From Bacteroidota bacterium (GTDB taxonomy: Bacteria > Bacteroidota > Bacteroidia > Flavobacteriales > Flavobacteriaceae): a stretch of DNA of 64,000 nucleotides. The position numbers and the translations under genes were made by a program. The stretch spans positions 5,108 to 69,107 of the forward strand of contig JAKQHT010000009.1 of assembly GCA_029557895.1 (NCBI GenBank). Direction: 5' to 3'. Under the pieces are notes generated by a model, which searched no databases, had not been told where the DNA came from, and saw only the letters and a list, made by a program, of their open reading frames with translations. Shown here piece after piece: positions 16,753 to 25,457 of the stretch (positions are counted from its first letter, which is position 1; the number at the start of each line of letters is the position of its first letter).

Positions 16753-18441
16753 ATGCTTAAAAATTATTGGAACAAGGGAAGAAAACAAAAAACCATCACC
16801 ATCATAGTGTTTTTGGTCTTGGTATTGCTGCTCTTTATTTTTCGCGAATACTACCAACCGGCACTGCTGTTTTTAAGGAAATTTATTTTTATCATCTTGT
16901 TGAGTGCCTTGGTGCTGTATTTTGGTCTGCGTAAATTCAGAAATTCAGCAAGTGCCGGCTTCCGATTGGTAATTTTGTGCTCGATAGCCCTTTTTTTTGG
17001 AGTACTTTACCTTGTTGGTTGGCACTTTAAAATGTATGATTATATGAAAACATACAACGTTTTTAGGGATTTGAACCGTATTGAAATCCACCAATTGCCC
17101 TTGACAAGAAACGAACGCATCCAACCTTTAAGAAACATTTTTTCTATGGCCAACGAATCTGTCGGAGAGACCAAAGACGTGTCTTTGCCGCATTTGGTAA
17201 GGATTGATGGCGAAAACAGATGGACCATGGCCGTACAGCCGTCAGAAAAATACACATTGCAGCGTATCAGTGATAATATCGAAGAGGTCTTTTCGGTGTC
17301 GAGTACCTCTCCGTTTCCCAGATTTTCCAACGAAAACAGGATTTCCGTGGTCTTTTCCATTGGCGAAACCCTGAAATTCAGTCGGAACACATACAATGCG
17401 GTGGTACAAAGGTTCAATATCTTTCAATTGTTCAACACAGAACCCGGTGACACGTTTTATATGAAAAACGATTCCGGACAATGGGTAGAGGTGGTAAGCC
17501 TTATCAAATGGAAAGGATTCTTTTTTCCATACCCATCATTTGGTGGCGTGATGGTCATCGATAATGGTGAGCACGATTTTAACGATTACGTTGAACGTGT
17601 ATTGATTGGAAAAGGACGATATATAAGTGCAGACAAGATTAAATCTCATCCGTTTTTGTCCAAGCAGAACATAATGTCAGAAAAAGTATCGCAACTGCAG
17701 GCAGAATCCTTGAAGTTCCTCGGAGGGTTTACCGATCCATTGCCATGGAAAATGGAAACGGCCGTAAAAATTCCGCTACTTCCAGACGACCAGAACCAGC
17801 AGCCTTTTGTTACCGATTTTGATTTCAGTGAAGTTGATACGAATGCTTACAACGGGCTTTACCATTGGTTTGGTTTGGAGCCAATTGGCGACGAGCGAAC
17901 CAGTCTGTCCTATAGTGTTTTTGTTCCGGCAGATGGTACTGACAAATTTTACTATTACGACCATGCTTCAAAAAAACAAGGCTATGCTGGGGTTTCTGCC
18001 ATGCCGCTCAAAATGATAGAGTCGAGGAAAGAAGTTGACTGGTCCGTGAACAAACCTGTGGAATTTAGGCCATACATCAAGAACATTGCCGGAAGACAAC
18101 GCATGTTTTTCTTGGGCACTGTATCTGCCATTAAGGATGGAACGTCCAAATTTGATGGTTCATCAACCCCCGATCTTGCCTTGATAGATAGTGAATACCG
18201 CGATGTCATTTGGGTTGATGTGAAACATCCGAGCCAATGGGACAAAACTGTTTACGACCAACTCAATGAGACTTGGCGCGCCAGTGAGGGCATCGGCTAT
18301 TATTTTGAAGAAGATAAAACCGATTTGGACATCAATCCAAGGGCAATTGATACTATCGACCTTTCTAAAGTCAATACAAATGCAGATGAAATTGAGCGAC
18401 TCCAGCGACGCCTGGATTCTCTGAAATCTTCTGGCAATTAA
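16753..18441 (+). CDS. Membrane protein: 3 N-terminal TMs, large extracytoplasmic domain, C-terminal coiled coil (operon gene 7)
   Basis: Hydrophobic helices within the first ~95 aa, then an aromatic/beta-rich domain ending in EIERLQRRLDSLK. Confidence 0.82.
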   Translation: MLKNYWNKGRKQKTITIIVFLVLVLLLFIFREYYQPALLFLRKFIFIILLSALVLYFGLRKFRNSASAGFRLVILCSIALFFGVLYLVGWHFKMYDYMKTYNVFRDLNRIEIHQLPLTRNERIQPLRNIFSMANESVGETKDVSLPHLVRIDGENRWTMAVQPSEKYTLQRISDNIEEVFSVSSTSPFPRFSNENRISVVFSIGETLKFSRNTYNAVVQRFNIFQLFNTEPGDTFYMKNDSGQWVEVVSLIKWKGFFFPYPSFGGVMVIDNGEHDFNDYVERVLIGKGRYISADKIKSHPFLSKQNIMSEKVSQLQAESLKFLGGFTDPLPWKMETAVKIPLLPDDQNQQPFVTDFDFSEVDTNAYNGLYHWFGLEPIGDERTSLSYSVFVPADGTDKFYYYDHASKKQGYAGVSAMPLKMIESRKEVDWSVNKPVEFRPYIKNIAGRQRMFFLGTVSAIKDGTSKFDGSSTPDLALIDSEYRDVIWVDVKHPSQWDKTVYDQLNETWRASEGIGYYFEEDKTDLDINPRAIDTIDLSKVNTNADEIERLQRRLDSLKSSGN

Positions 18442-18463
18442 ATGTAAATTTTGAATTAAAAAG

Positions 18464-18491
18464 AAAAGCACTCCAAAAAGAAGTGCTTTTT
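18464..18491. terminator. Bidirectional intrinsic terminator
   Basis: AAAAGCACT...AGTGCTTTT between convergent genes. Confidence 0.7.
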
Positions 18492-18510
18492 CATAAAGTG
18501 AAATAGAAAA

Positions 18511-19902
18511 TTACTGTTTTAATTTGTCTTTTTGGTTAATTGTTTCATTCATCTGTTTTTCGATTTTTTCTTTATCTCCAACCACAATAAGGGTCATGTT
18601 TTTGGGTATTATATATTTCTTGGCCATTTCTTGGACTTGCTCTGGCGTGACGGCCAATATATTCATCACACGGTTTTTTAGATAATCGTCGTCCAAATTG
18701 TGTACATCCAAAAAGTTAAGTTGGCCTATAATGCCATTGGGTGTTGAGTTTTGCAATACAAAAATACCCGATTCATAGTTTTTTATACCGTCCAGCTCTT
18801 CTATGGTCGGAGGTTCATTTTGCAATCGATAGATTTCCTTGTTTATTTCATTCAACGATGCGCCGGTAAATTCTGTGGTCACATCGGCTGATTCGTACCA
18901 AACCCCCGACTTGTAATTGGTGTCTATGTTACTGTATGGGGAATATGTATAACCTTTGTCCTCTCGGATATTACTGGTAATTCTGGACCCAAATGAGCCG
19001 CCCAATATTGAGTTCATAACCTCCAGAGCGGTATAATCGGGGTTTGAAGGGTCAATAACAGGCAATCCATACATAATGGTGGATTGTGGAGCCCCGGGCC
19101 TGTCAATAATCTTTACTTTCCCCTCGGTCACTGCAGTTGCTATTGGATAGGATACTTCGGGGCCTTTTATCCAATCGTTAAAGCCAGCCCGGACCGCTTT
19201 TATTACCTTATCTTTATTGAACTTCCCAACGACATAAATAGTAGTGCGCTGTGCACCAAAATTTGTATCGTAGAAATTTTTGATGTTTTCGATCGAATAC
19301 CTGTCAATTTGTTCCGCATTGGGATAAATTCTTCCATACGGATGATCGGGGTAAATGGTAGCGTAAAAATCTTTGGAAGCTTGAGATTGTGGTTGTGACA
19401 GAGAAATTTCCAAATACCGTTTTCTGTCATTTTTGAGTCGTGGTAGTTCATTTGACGGCCATTTGGGGCGTAGCAACACATCGGCCATCAGGGCAATGGC
19501 GTCGTCCGAGAAATCTGATAAAACCGAAGTGCTCAAGGTAGTGGTGTGGGATAAAACGGTCATATCCAGGTTGCCCCCCATTCCGGCCATTTTATTGGAA
19601 ATTTCCTTGGATGTCATTGTCTGGCTGCCTTCTTTCATCAAATCGATCGTCAAATCGGATAGCCAGATTTCATTTTCTTTTTCATGGATGTTTCCCGTTT
19701 TTATGCTGATATTGATGGTGGCTTTTGGGATTGCCCCATAAGGGATGAGCACCAATTTGAGGCCATTGTCCAATTTGATGACCTCTTTTTTGGGTAAGGT
19801 AAAACCTTTGGGAGTCCCGCCTTTTGGTGGCAGTTCTTTTTCTTGTGCGATTAAGCTATGTGTAAAAGCTAACGCAACAAGGAGTATGATTAGTTTTTTC
19901 AT
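18511..19902 (-). CDS. M16 (pitrilysin-family) peptidase, non-catalytic subunit
   Basis: LDNGLKLV; lacks HxxEH; carries ILGGSFGSRI..NIREDKGYTY (R/Y pair); signal peptide. Confidence 0.88.
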   Translation of the reverse strand: MKKLIILLVALAFTHSLIAQEKELPPKGGTPKGFTLPKKEVIKLDNGLKLVLIPYGAIPKATINISIKTGNIHEKENEIWLSDLTIDLMKEGSQTMTSKEISNKMAGMGGNLDMTVLSHTTTLSTSVLSDFSDDAIALMADVLLRPKWPSNELPRLKNDRKRYLEISLSQPQSQASKDFYATIYPDHPYGRIYPNAEQIDRYSIENIKNFYDTNFGAQRTTIYVVGKFNKDKVIKAVRAGFNDWIKGPEVSYPIATAVTEGKVKIIDRPGAPQSTIMYGLPVIDPSNPDYTALEVMNSILGGSFGSRITSNIREDKGYTYSPYSNIDTNYKSGVWYESADVTTEFTGASLNEINKEIYRLQNEPPTIEELDGIKNYESGIFVLQNSTPNGIIGQLNFLDVHNLDDDYLKNRVMNILAVTPEQVQEMAKKYIIPKNMTLIVVGDKEKIEKQMNETINQKDKLKQ

Positions 19903-21302
19903 TATAATGTATTTTGAGTGTTAGCTAATAATGGATTGACAGTCAATATGGTCCTGTTGGTTTTTCTCAAGAATTCATCAATCGTTTTTTTTATGATGTC
20001 TGGCGTGATGCTCTCAAATTGGGATTCAATGTCGTTAATACGGTTGGGGTTGTCGTCAAACAGGGCAAAACTGCAGAGTAGGTCGGCACGCCCAAGACTA
20101 AAGGTGCCGCCGAAATTGTCATAAAGTTGCGATTTTACTTTAATTAAGGCATTATCAATAATCTCTTGCGTGAGGTTGTCCTTTAAACTGTCCATAACCT
20201 CATCGACCGTTGAAATGACTTCTTCGGTAGATTTGTCATTGTCGTATGTAAAATCAAACATCAATTGCATTGGTCCATTATAATTGAACATATTGCCAAG
20301 ATAGTTGATGCCGCCATTGATATTTGATGTGATGCCTTTTTCAGTAACCAGTTTCTGCCGCAACAATCCATTATCGCCTTGAATCAATATTTGATCCAAT
20401 AGTCCCATGGCATAATATTCCGGTGTATTTCGCTCCGGCATGTGGTAGGCAAAGGCCATTGCGGGATTGTTCGCTAATTTGTCGTCTTTTACAAAACGTT
20501 TTTCGTCTGTTTGCTTGGGCTCGGAAATGTCAGGTTTGGCAGGCAGTTCTGAAGATGGAATGCCACCAAAATATTTTTCAATCCACTGTTTTGTTTCTTT
20601 TGTATCAAAATCTCCTACCACCGAAATGGCGGCGTTATTGGGTGCGTAATATGTTTTGAAAAAACTTGCAACATCTTCTAAATTGGCTGCGTCCAAATCA
20701 TCTAAATCGCCATAAAAATTGTGGGCATTAAACCAGTTGGTATTGGCATATTGCGGCATGTCCAACCAAGGAAAACCACCGTATGGTTGGTTCAGTACAT
20801 TGACTTTTACCTCATTTTTTACAACCTCTTGCTGATTGGTCAAATTTTCTTGCGTGATGGAAAGCCCCTTCATCCTGTCGGCTTCTGCCCAAAGCATGGT
20901 TTCTAACTTGTGCGCTGGCACAATTTCAAAGTAATTGGTAAAATCAAACCGGGTAGAACCGTTGAGGACACCGCCATTTTTTTGCACCAGGTTGATGAAT
21001 TCCATTTTGCCCAGGTTTTTTGAACCCTGGAACATCATGTGCTCAAACAGATGGGCAAAACCGGTCCTGTTTTTTGGTTCAATCCTGAAACCGATATTGT
21101 AGTAAACCGCAACGATGACTGTTGGCGAAGTATCATCGGGAGAAAGAATGACCTTTAGGCCGTTATCCAGTTTGTAATACTCTACAGGGACTTGGAATTT
21201 AGGGGCAGATTCGTTGTTTCCTGCCGAACCATCGGATTGATGGCTTTTTTCCTTGCATCCAGAGAGAAGGATGCACAGAAAAATGATGCATAGATGTTTC
21301 AT
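19902..21302 (-). CDS. M16 zinc peptidase, catalytic subunit (lipoprotein)
   Basis: GFAHLFEHMMF (HxxEH), NGST..D.TNY and lipobox LSGC. Confidence 0.92.
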   Translation of the reverse strand: MKHLCIIFLCILLSGCKEKSHQSDGSAGNNESAPKFQVPVEYYKLDNGLKVILSPDDTSPTVIVAVYYNIGFRIEPKNRTGFAHLFEHMMFQGSKNLGKMEFINLVQKNGGVLNGSTRFDFTNYFEIVPAHKLETMLWAEADRMKGLSITQENLTNQQEVVKNEVKVNVLNQPYGGFPWLDMPQYANTNWFNAHNFYGDLDDLDAANLEDVASFFKTYYAPNNAAISVVGDFDTKETKQWIEKYFGGIPSSELPAKPDISEPKQTDEKRFVKDDKLANNPAMAFAYHMPERNTPEYYAMGLLDQILIQGDNGLLRQKLVTEKGITSNINGGINYLGNMFNYNGPMQLMFDFTYDNDKSTEEVISTVDEVMDSLKDNLTQEIIDNALIKVKSQLYDNFGGTFSLGRADLLCSFALFDDNPNRINDIESQFESITPDIIKKTIDEFLRKTNRTILTVNPLLANTQNTL

Positions 21303-21442
21303 ATGGTCAAAGTTGCTGGTTAATAATTATGACGGTTGTATGGATACAACCAAAAATACAAAAAATGTCTGAAATACAGTTTTTTAGATTAGATATTACA
21401 GGTTCTTGACATAAAAAATTTTCATGTCAAGTGAATGTTCCG

Positions 21443-22474
21443 TCAATCCGAGATTTTAGATTGGTTTGCCCTGATAAAGTCTGTGATTAGATAGGTAATG
21501 AGCTTGCCAACTTTTGTTTCGGTCTCTGGGGTTGGGGCAGCTTCGCAAATGTGCAGGTACTTGACGTTTTCGAGTTTTCCAAAGTGATGGACAAACTCTC
21601 TGGCTCTTTGCACGCTAAAACCACTCGGTGTCATGGCGCTGCTGGGAATGTTTTCGATGGCGTCGCAATCAATTTCCAGCCCAAAAGGTCTGTCGGAAAT
21701 AAATTCTGAAGCTTTTTTCATTGCATTTTCAAAATTTGTTTCATGCCGAACACAGAGCGATTCGTAAGTGTTGAAACGAATGTTTTTTAGTCTTGAAAGC
21801 TGTTTGAAAATGGAATCGGAAGTATAGTTTTCATGAAGTCCGAAGATAAAATAGTTCTTTAAAAAACCTTCGGCATAGGCATAGCTAAAACCATTGCCGC
21901 TGTGCCGGCCTTCTTCTGTCCTAAAGTCGGTATGTGCATCAAAATTGATGGCGTTTACCATTTTTTTAAGCGCAAGAGAAGTGCCTTTGATATTGCCGTA
22001 AGCGTTGTTATGGCCACCGCCGATGATAATCGGGATTTTGCCCGCCCTGACAACCTCGTGCACCAAAAATGCCACGTGCTTGTCTATTTTGGCAACATCT
22101 TTTCTGGCTTTGTTGATGTCTTTTTTGAGTGTTTGGTCATAAGACGCCAGTTTTTCCATCACTTTTGAAAAATCCAAATAACCTAGGAGCAATACTTTGG
22201 AAGGATGCGTATGGGCATTGTTTTGCACATTTAACAAAACTTTGATAGTAGCTTCCCAGGCCATGGAAGTACCTGGTTTTCCGTAATTTGCAAACACTCC
22301 GACATCTTCCTTTATGCCAAAGATGACATATTTGACGTCCAAAGTTGACAAGGAATCGTATATATTGGCAGAACTTGGAAGTAACTTTACCTGTTCCCCA
22401 AATTTGGATTCGTTAGTTCGGATTTTCAAGAGCGATGCTAAATCGTCATTATTGAAGCGGATGAGTTTGTCCAT
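21443..22474 (-). CDS. hutG: Formimidoylglutamase (arginase family)
   Basis: GGGHNNAYG, NFDAHTDFR, HSGNGF, EIDCD and SSAMTPSG motifs; close to hutI. Confidence 0.85.
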   Translation of the reverse strand: MDKLIRFNNDDLASLLKIRTNESKFGEQVKLLPSSANIYDSLSTLDVKYVIFGIKEDVGVFANYGKPGTSMAWEATIKVLLNVQNNAHTHPSKVLLLGYLDFSKVMEKLASYDQTLKKDINKARKDVAKIDKHVAFLVHEVVRAGKIPIIIGGGHNNAYGNIKGTSLALKKMVNAINFDAHTDFRTEEGRHSGNGFSYAYAEGFLKNYFIFGLHENYTSDSIFKQLSRLKNIRFNTYESLCVRHETNFENAMKKASEFISDRPFGLEIDCDAIENIPSSAMTPSGFSVQRAREFVHHFGKLENVKYLHICEAAPTPETETKVGKLITYLITDFIRANQSKISD

Positions 22475-22554
22475 TTTGGGAATTTGATTGTAAATTAGCT
22501 GCCAAAAATCAAAAATAAACAATTAACCAAATTTAAACTAAAAAGAATTATTTT

Positions 22555-23439
22555 ATGGAAAATTCAAATAACAGTAAAGGTGTCGGCCTAAAAATAGTTT
22601 TAGGAATTGTATTGGCCTTGTTTTTGGGCACGGGTTTTTACACTTCTAAACTCTACAAAGAGAAAAAAGAAAACGAGGCGACCTTGGTTAAGGAAAAGCA
22701 ACAAGTGATGGCCGATTTGAGCAATATGGCAAAACAGTATGATATTGTCATCGGTGAAAATGAAACAATGAATAAAGATTTAGTCGAAGCCCGAAACCGT
22801 ATCCAAGGGTTGATGGATTCGCTAAAAGTGTCACAGAACAGCGTGGCAAGCCTTTGGCAGTACAAAAAGAAATTCCTTTCGCTACAAGAGGAAATGAACG
22901 TACTATTGACCGAAAACGACAGGCTGAAAATCGAAAATTCGCTTTTGGCAACTTCTTTGGACAGCACCAACGTCATGTTGGCCGAGCGTACCAAATTTAC
23001 CGATTCGTTGTTAATCCAAAACACAGAGATTTCCAATGTACTTGAAAGTGCTGCGGTACTTCAAACCGTCGGATTAAAAGGTTTTGGCGTCATAGAGAGA
23101 AGTTCCGGAAAGCTTATCCCTACCGAAAGAGCCGGTAGGACAGACAAGATTAGAGTGTGCTATACCGTGGCCAAAAACAGTTTGGTTGGCGCTGGCGACA
23201 AAGAACTTTACGTTCAGGTTACTGACCCAAGCGGTAACGTTCTTGGCGCCAACGAACAGACCTATGTGGGCGATGATATAGTGAGTTACAGTTTGGTAAG
23301 CAAGTTCAACTACGAGAACAGAAGCTTGAACATCTGCGAATTTGTAGCGCCCAACGGTTCATTTCCAAAAGGGAAATACAATGTAAATGTATATAATTCA
23401 AGAGAATTGGTATCAACATCCGATTTTACATTGAAATAA
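22555..23439 (+). CDS. Membrane-anchored coiled-coil protein with beta-rich C-terminal domain (conserved in Flavobacteriaceae)
   Basis: Single N-terminal TM, heptad region, Ig-like C-terminus; no Walker A. Confidence 0.8.
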   Translation: MENSNNSKGVGLKIVLGIVLALFLGTGFYTSKLYKEKKENEATLVKEKQQVMADLSNMAKQYDIVIGENETMNKDLVEARNRIQGLMDSLKVSQNSVASLWQYKKKFLSLQEEMNVLLTENDRLKIENSLLATSLDSTNVMLAERTKFTDSLLIQNTEISNVLESAAVLQTVGLKGFGVIERSSGKLIPTERAGRTDKIRVCYTVAKNSLVGAGDKELYVQVTDPSGNVLGANEQTYVGDDIVSYSLVSKFNYENRSLNICEFVAPNGSFPKGKYNVNVYNSRELVSTSDFTLK

Positions 23440-23459
23440 GAAACCGTTTTGATAGTTAT

Positions 23460-23489
23460 AAAAAAGCCCGGAATCTCCGGGCTTTTTTT
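23460..23489 (+). terminator. Intrinsic terminator
   Basis: AAAAAAGCCCGGA-ATC-TCCGGGCTTTTTTT. Confidence 0.85.
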
Positions 23490-23511
23490 GTGGTACTATA
23501 CAAATAATCCC

Positions 23512-23530
23512 TTTTTTTTTTTTTTTTTTT
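23512..23530. repeat. T19 homopolymer tract
   Basis: 19 consecutive T, ending 14 bp upstream of a TATATTTG -7 element (23545-23552). Confidence 0.9.
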
Positions 23531-23582
23531 CATCATTAATAAATTATATTTGTTGATAGTTAACACTTTAATATTTGACAAT

Positions 23583-24062
23583 ATGAAAAATTTAATCAGA
23601 ATTTTTTCGATAATTCTTGTTTTTTCGCTTGTTTCCTGTAGTGATGAGTATAAGAAGTCCACAAAAAATATTCCTTCAGGAGTATTAGCGGTTTTAAAAG
23701 ACGGGAAAATTTCGTTAGCTAATGATGAGCAGAACATTATTTCAGTTTTAACTGAGGAATTTTTTACGGCTGAAGCTGTTCAGTTTACCTCTGCGAAAGG
23801 ATTAGAGTTGGATGGGGTTTATTATATAAGGATGAAAAATGAAGAAGGCTTAACAGCGACCACTCTCCTTGTAGCAGATGACAACGGGTTTCTAAAACCA
23901 GGGGGAATCACATGTGTAACAGAAGCTTGTGCAGATAATGAAGGTTGTGTCCCTAATCCTAATGGAACTTCTTGTACGAAGTGTTGGTATGATGACGGAA
24001 TACATCAGGATCCCCAAAAAGGCGATTGTAAAAAAATTACCACTGCTCCTTTTGCTCCATAA
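23583..24062 (+). CDS. Lipoprotein with Cys-rich C-terminus
   Basis: Lipobox LVSC; six Cys in CVTEAC..GC...CTKC...GDCKK; AT-rich codon usage. Confidence 0.78.
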   Translation: MKNLIRIFSIILVFSLVSCSDEYKKSTKNIPSGVLAVLKDGKISLANDEQNIISVLTEEFFTAEAVQFTSAKGLELDGVYYIRMKNEEGLTATTLLVADDNGFLKPGGITCVTEACADNEGCVPNPNGTSCTKCWYDDGIHQDPQKGDCKKITTAPFAP

Positions 24063-24118
24063 ATGGACAATATACAAGGAAGACTATCAGGGAAGATAAT
24101 ATGTTTCTAACGCTTTTT

Positions 24119-25357
24119 TCATGAAACCATTTGGCCGTTGATGATGACTTTGTCTATCAGGTTGTCGCCAAAAGCATAAGGGAGATTGTAGTAACTGTTG
24201 ATGGGTTTCGTGATGATGAGGTTCGCTTTTTTGCCTCGGCATATACTTCCATATTCATTGGAAACACCCATAGCATAAGCACCGTTGATGGTAGCGGCAT
24301 TGATTGCCTCTTCAGGGGTCATCTTCATTTTGATGCAGGCCGTGCTGACCACAAAATTCATGTTGCCGCTTGGTGTAGAGCCTGGATTATAATCCGAGGC
24401 CAAAGCCAGGGGTAGGCCGGCATCGATAATAGCTCTTGCCGGCGTGTAGGGGATTCCCAAAAAGTACGAACAAGAGGGCAGTGCCACGGGCATGGTTTTT
24501 GATTTTTGGAGAACATGGATATCGTCATTAGTCATCAATTCGAGATGATCTACCGATAGGGCATCGTACTTCACGCCCAGACCAACTCCTCCAAAAGCGT
24601 TGAATTGGTTCACGTGTATTTTTGGCACCAAGCCATGTTCTGTACCTGCTTTTAAGATTTTTTCGGTATCTTCAAGTGAAAAATAGCCCTTTTCACAAAA
24701 TACATCAATATATTTTGCCAACTGGTGCTTGCTGACTTCGGGTATCATTTCGTTGACTATCAAATCTACAAATCCATTTGGATTTTCTTTGTATTCTTTC
24801 GGAATAGCGTGAGCGGCCAAGAGCGTCGCCTTTATTTTGGCTTTGGATGTCCTTTCAAGACGTTTGATGACGCGAAGCATTTTCAGTTCTGCTTCAACCG
24901 TTAGCCCATAGCCCGATTTGATTTCGATAGCTCCTGTGCCCATTTTTATGACATTGTTCAGCCTTTGTAGCGATTGTTGGAAAAGTTCGTCTTCGCTGGT
25001 ATTCTGTAACGTTTCTGCCGAATTTAAAATGCCGCCGCCTCTTTTTGCAATCGCTTCATAGCTCAACCCGTTTATCCTGTCCACAAATTCCTGCGATCGA
25101 TCGCCTGCATAGACAATGTGTGTATGCGAATCGCACCACGCCGGAAGTACGGTTTTTCCTGTTGCATCGATGATATCGTCTGCTTCGTGGCCCGGAAAAT
25201 CGTCCATGATCCCATATTCCACGATTGTGTCATGCTCAATCAGCAGGTAAGCGTTCTTTAGGGTTGGCAGAAGTTTCATGTCTTTGCCCTTGACAATCGT
25301 TACGTTGGTATCCCGTACCTGGAGCAGTTCCTTGATGTTGGTGATGAGTATGGACAT
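24119..25357 (-). CDS. hutI: Imidazolonepropionase
   Basis: DSHTH, GGGIL, EIKSGYGL, DVFCEKGYF, SVDHLE and ASDYNPGS motifs. Confidence 0.95.
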   Translation of the reverse strand: MSILITNIKELLQVRDTNVTIVKGKDMKLLPTLKNAYLLIEHDTIVEYGIMDDFPGHEADDIIDATGKTVLPAWCDSHTHIVYAGDRSQEFVDRINGLSYEAIAKRGGGILNSAETLQNTSEDELFQQSLQRLNNVIKMGTGAIEIKSGYGLTVEAELKMLRVIKRLERTSKAKIKATLLAAHAIPKEYKENPNGFVDLIVNEMIPEVSKHQLAKYIDVFCEKGYFSLEDTEKILKAGTEHGLVPKIHVNQFNAFGGVGLGVKYDALSVDHLELMTNDDIHVLQKSKTMPVALPSCSYFLGIPYTPARAIIDAGLPLALASDYNPGSTPSGNMNFVVSTACIKMKMTPEEAINAATINGAYAMGVSNEYGSICRGKKANLIITKPINSYYNLPYAFGDNLIDKVIINGQMVS

Positions 25358-25457
25358 GTTTTAAATTGAAAATGAAACAGTTTTTTTAAAAAAAAAGTGC
25401 CGATGCAATGATACTATCGGCACTATGACTATTTTGTTTTTAAAGAGAACCGGCTAT

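Noticed and set aside
9911-18441. Assigning the operon to a known defence or secretion system (Wadjet, BREX, Zorya, T6SS/T7SS)
   Set aside because: No SMC/ABC signature, nuclease, methylase, MotA/B, FtsK or ClpV-type motifs were recognised, so it is left unassigned.
22555-23439. Second ParA-like protein (a label such proteins sometimes receive)
   Set aside because: There is no Walker A motif; it is a TM plus coiled-coil protein.
23456-23737. 93-aa minus-strand ORF with a poly-Lys run
   Set aside because: An artefact of reading through the T19 tract and terminator, antisense to the lipoprotein gene.
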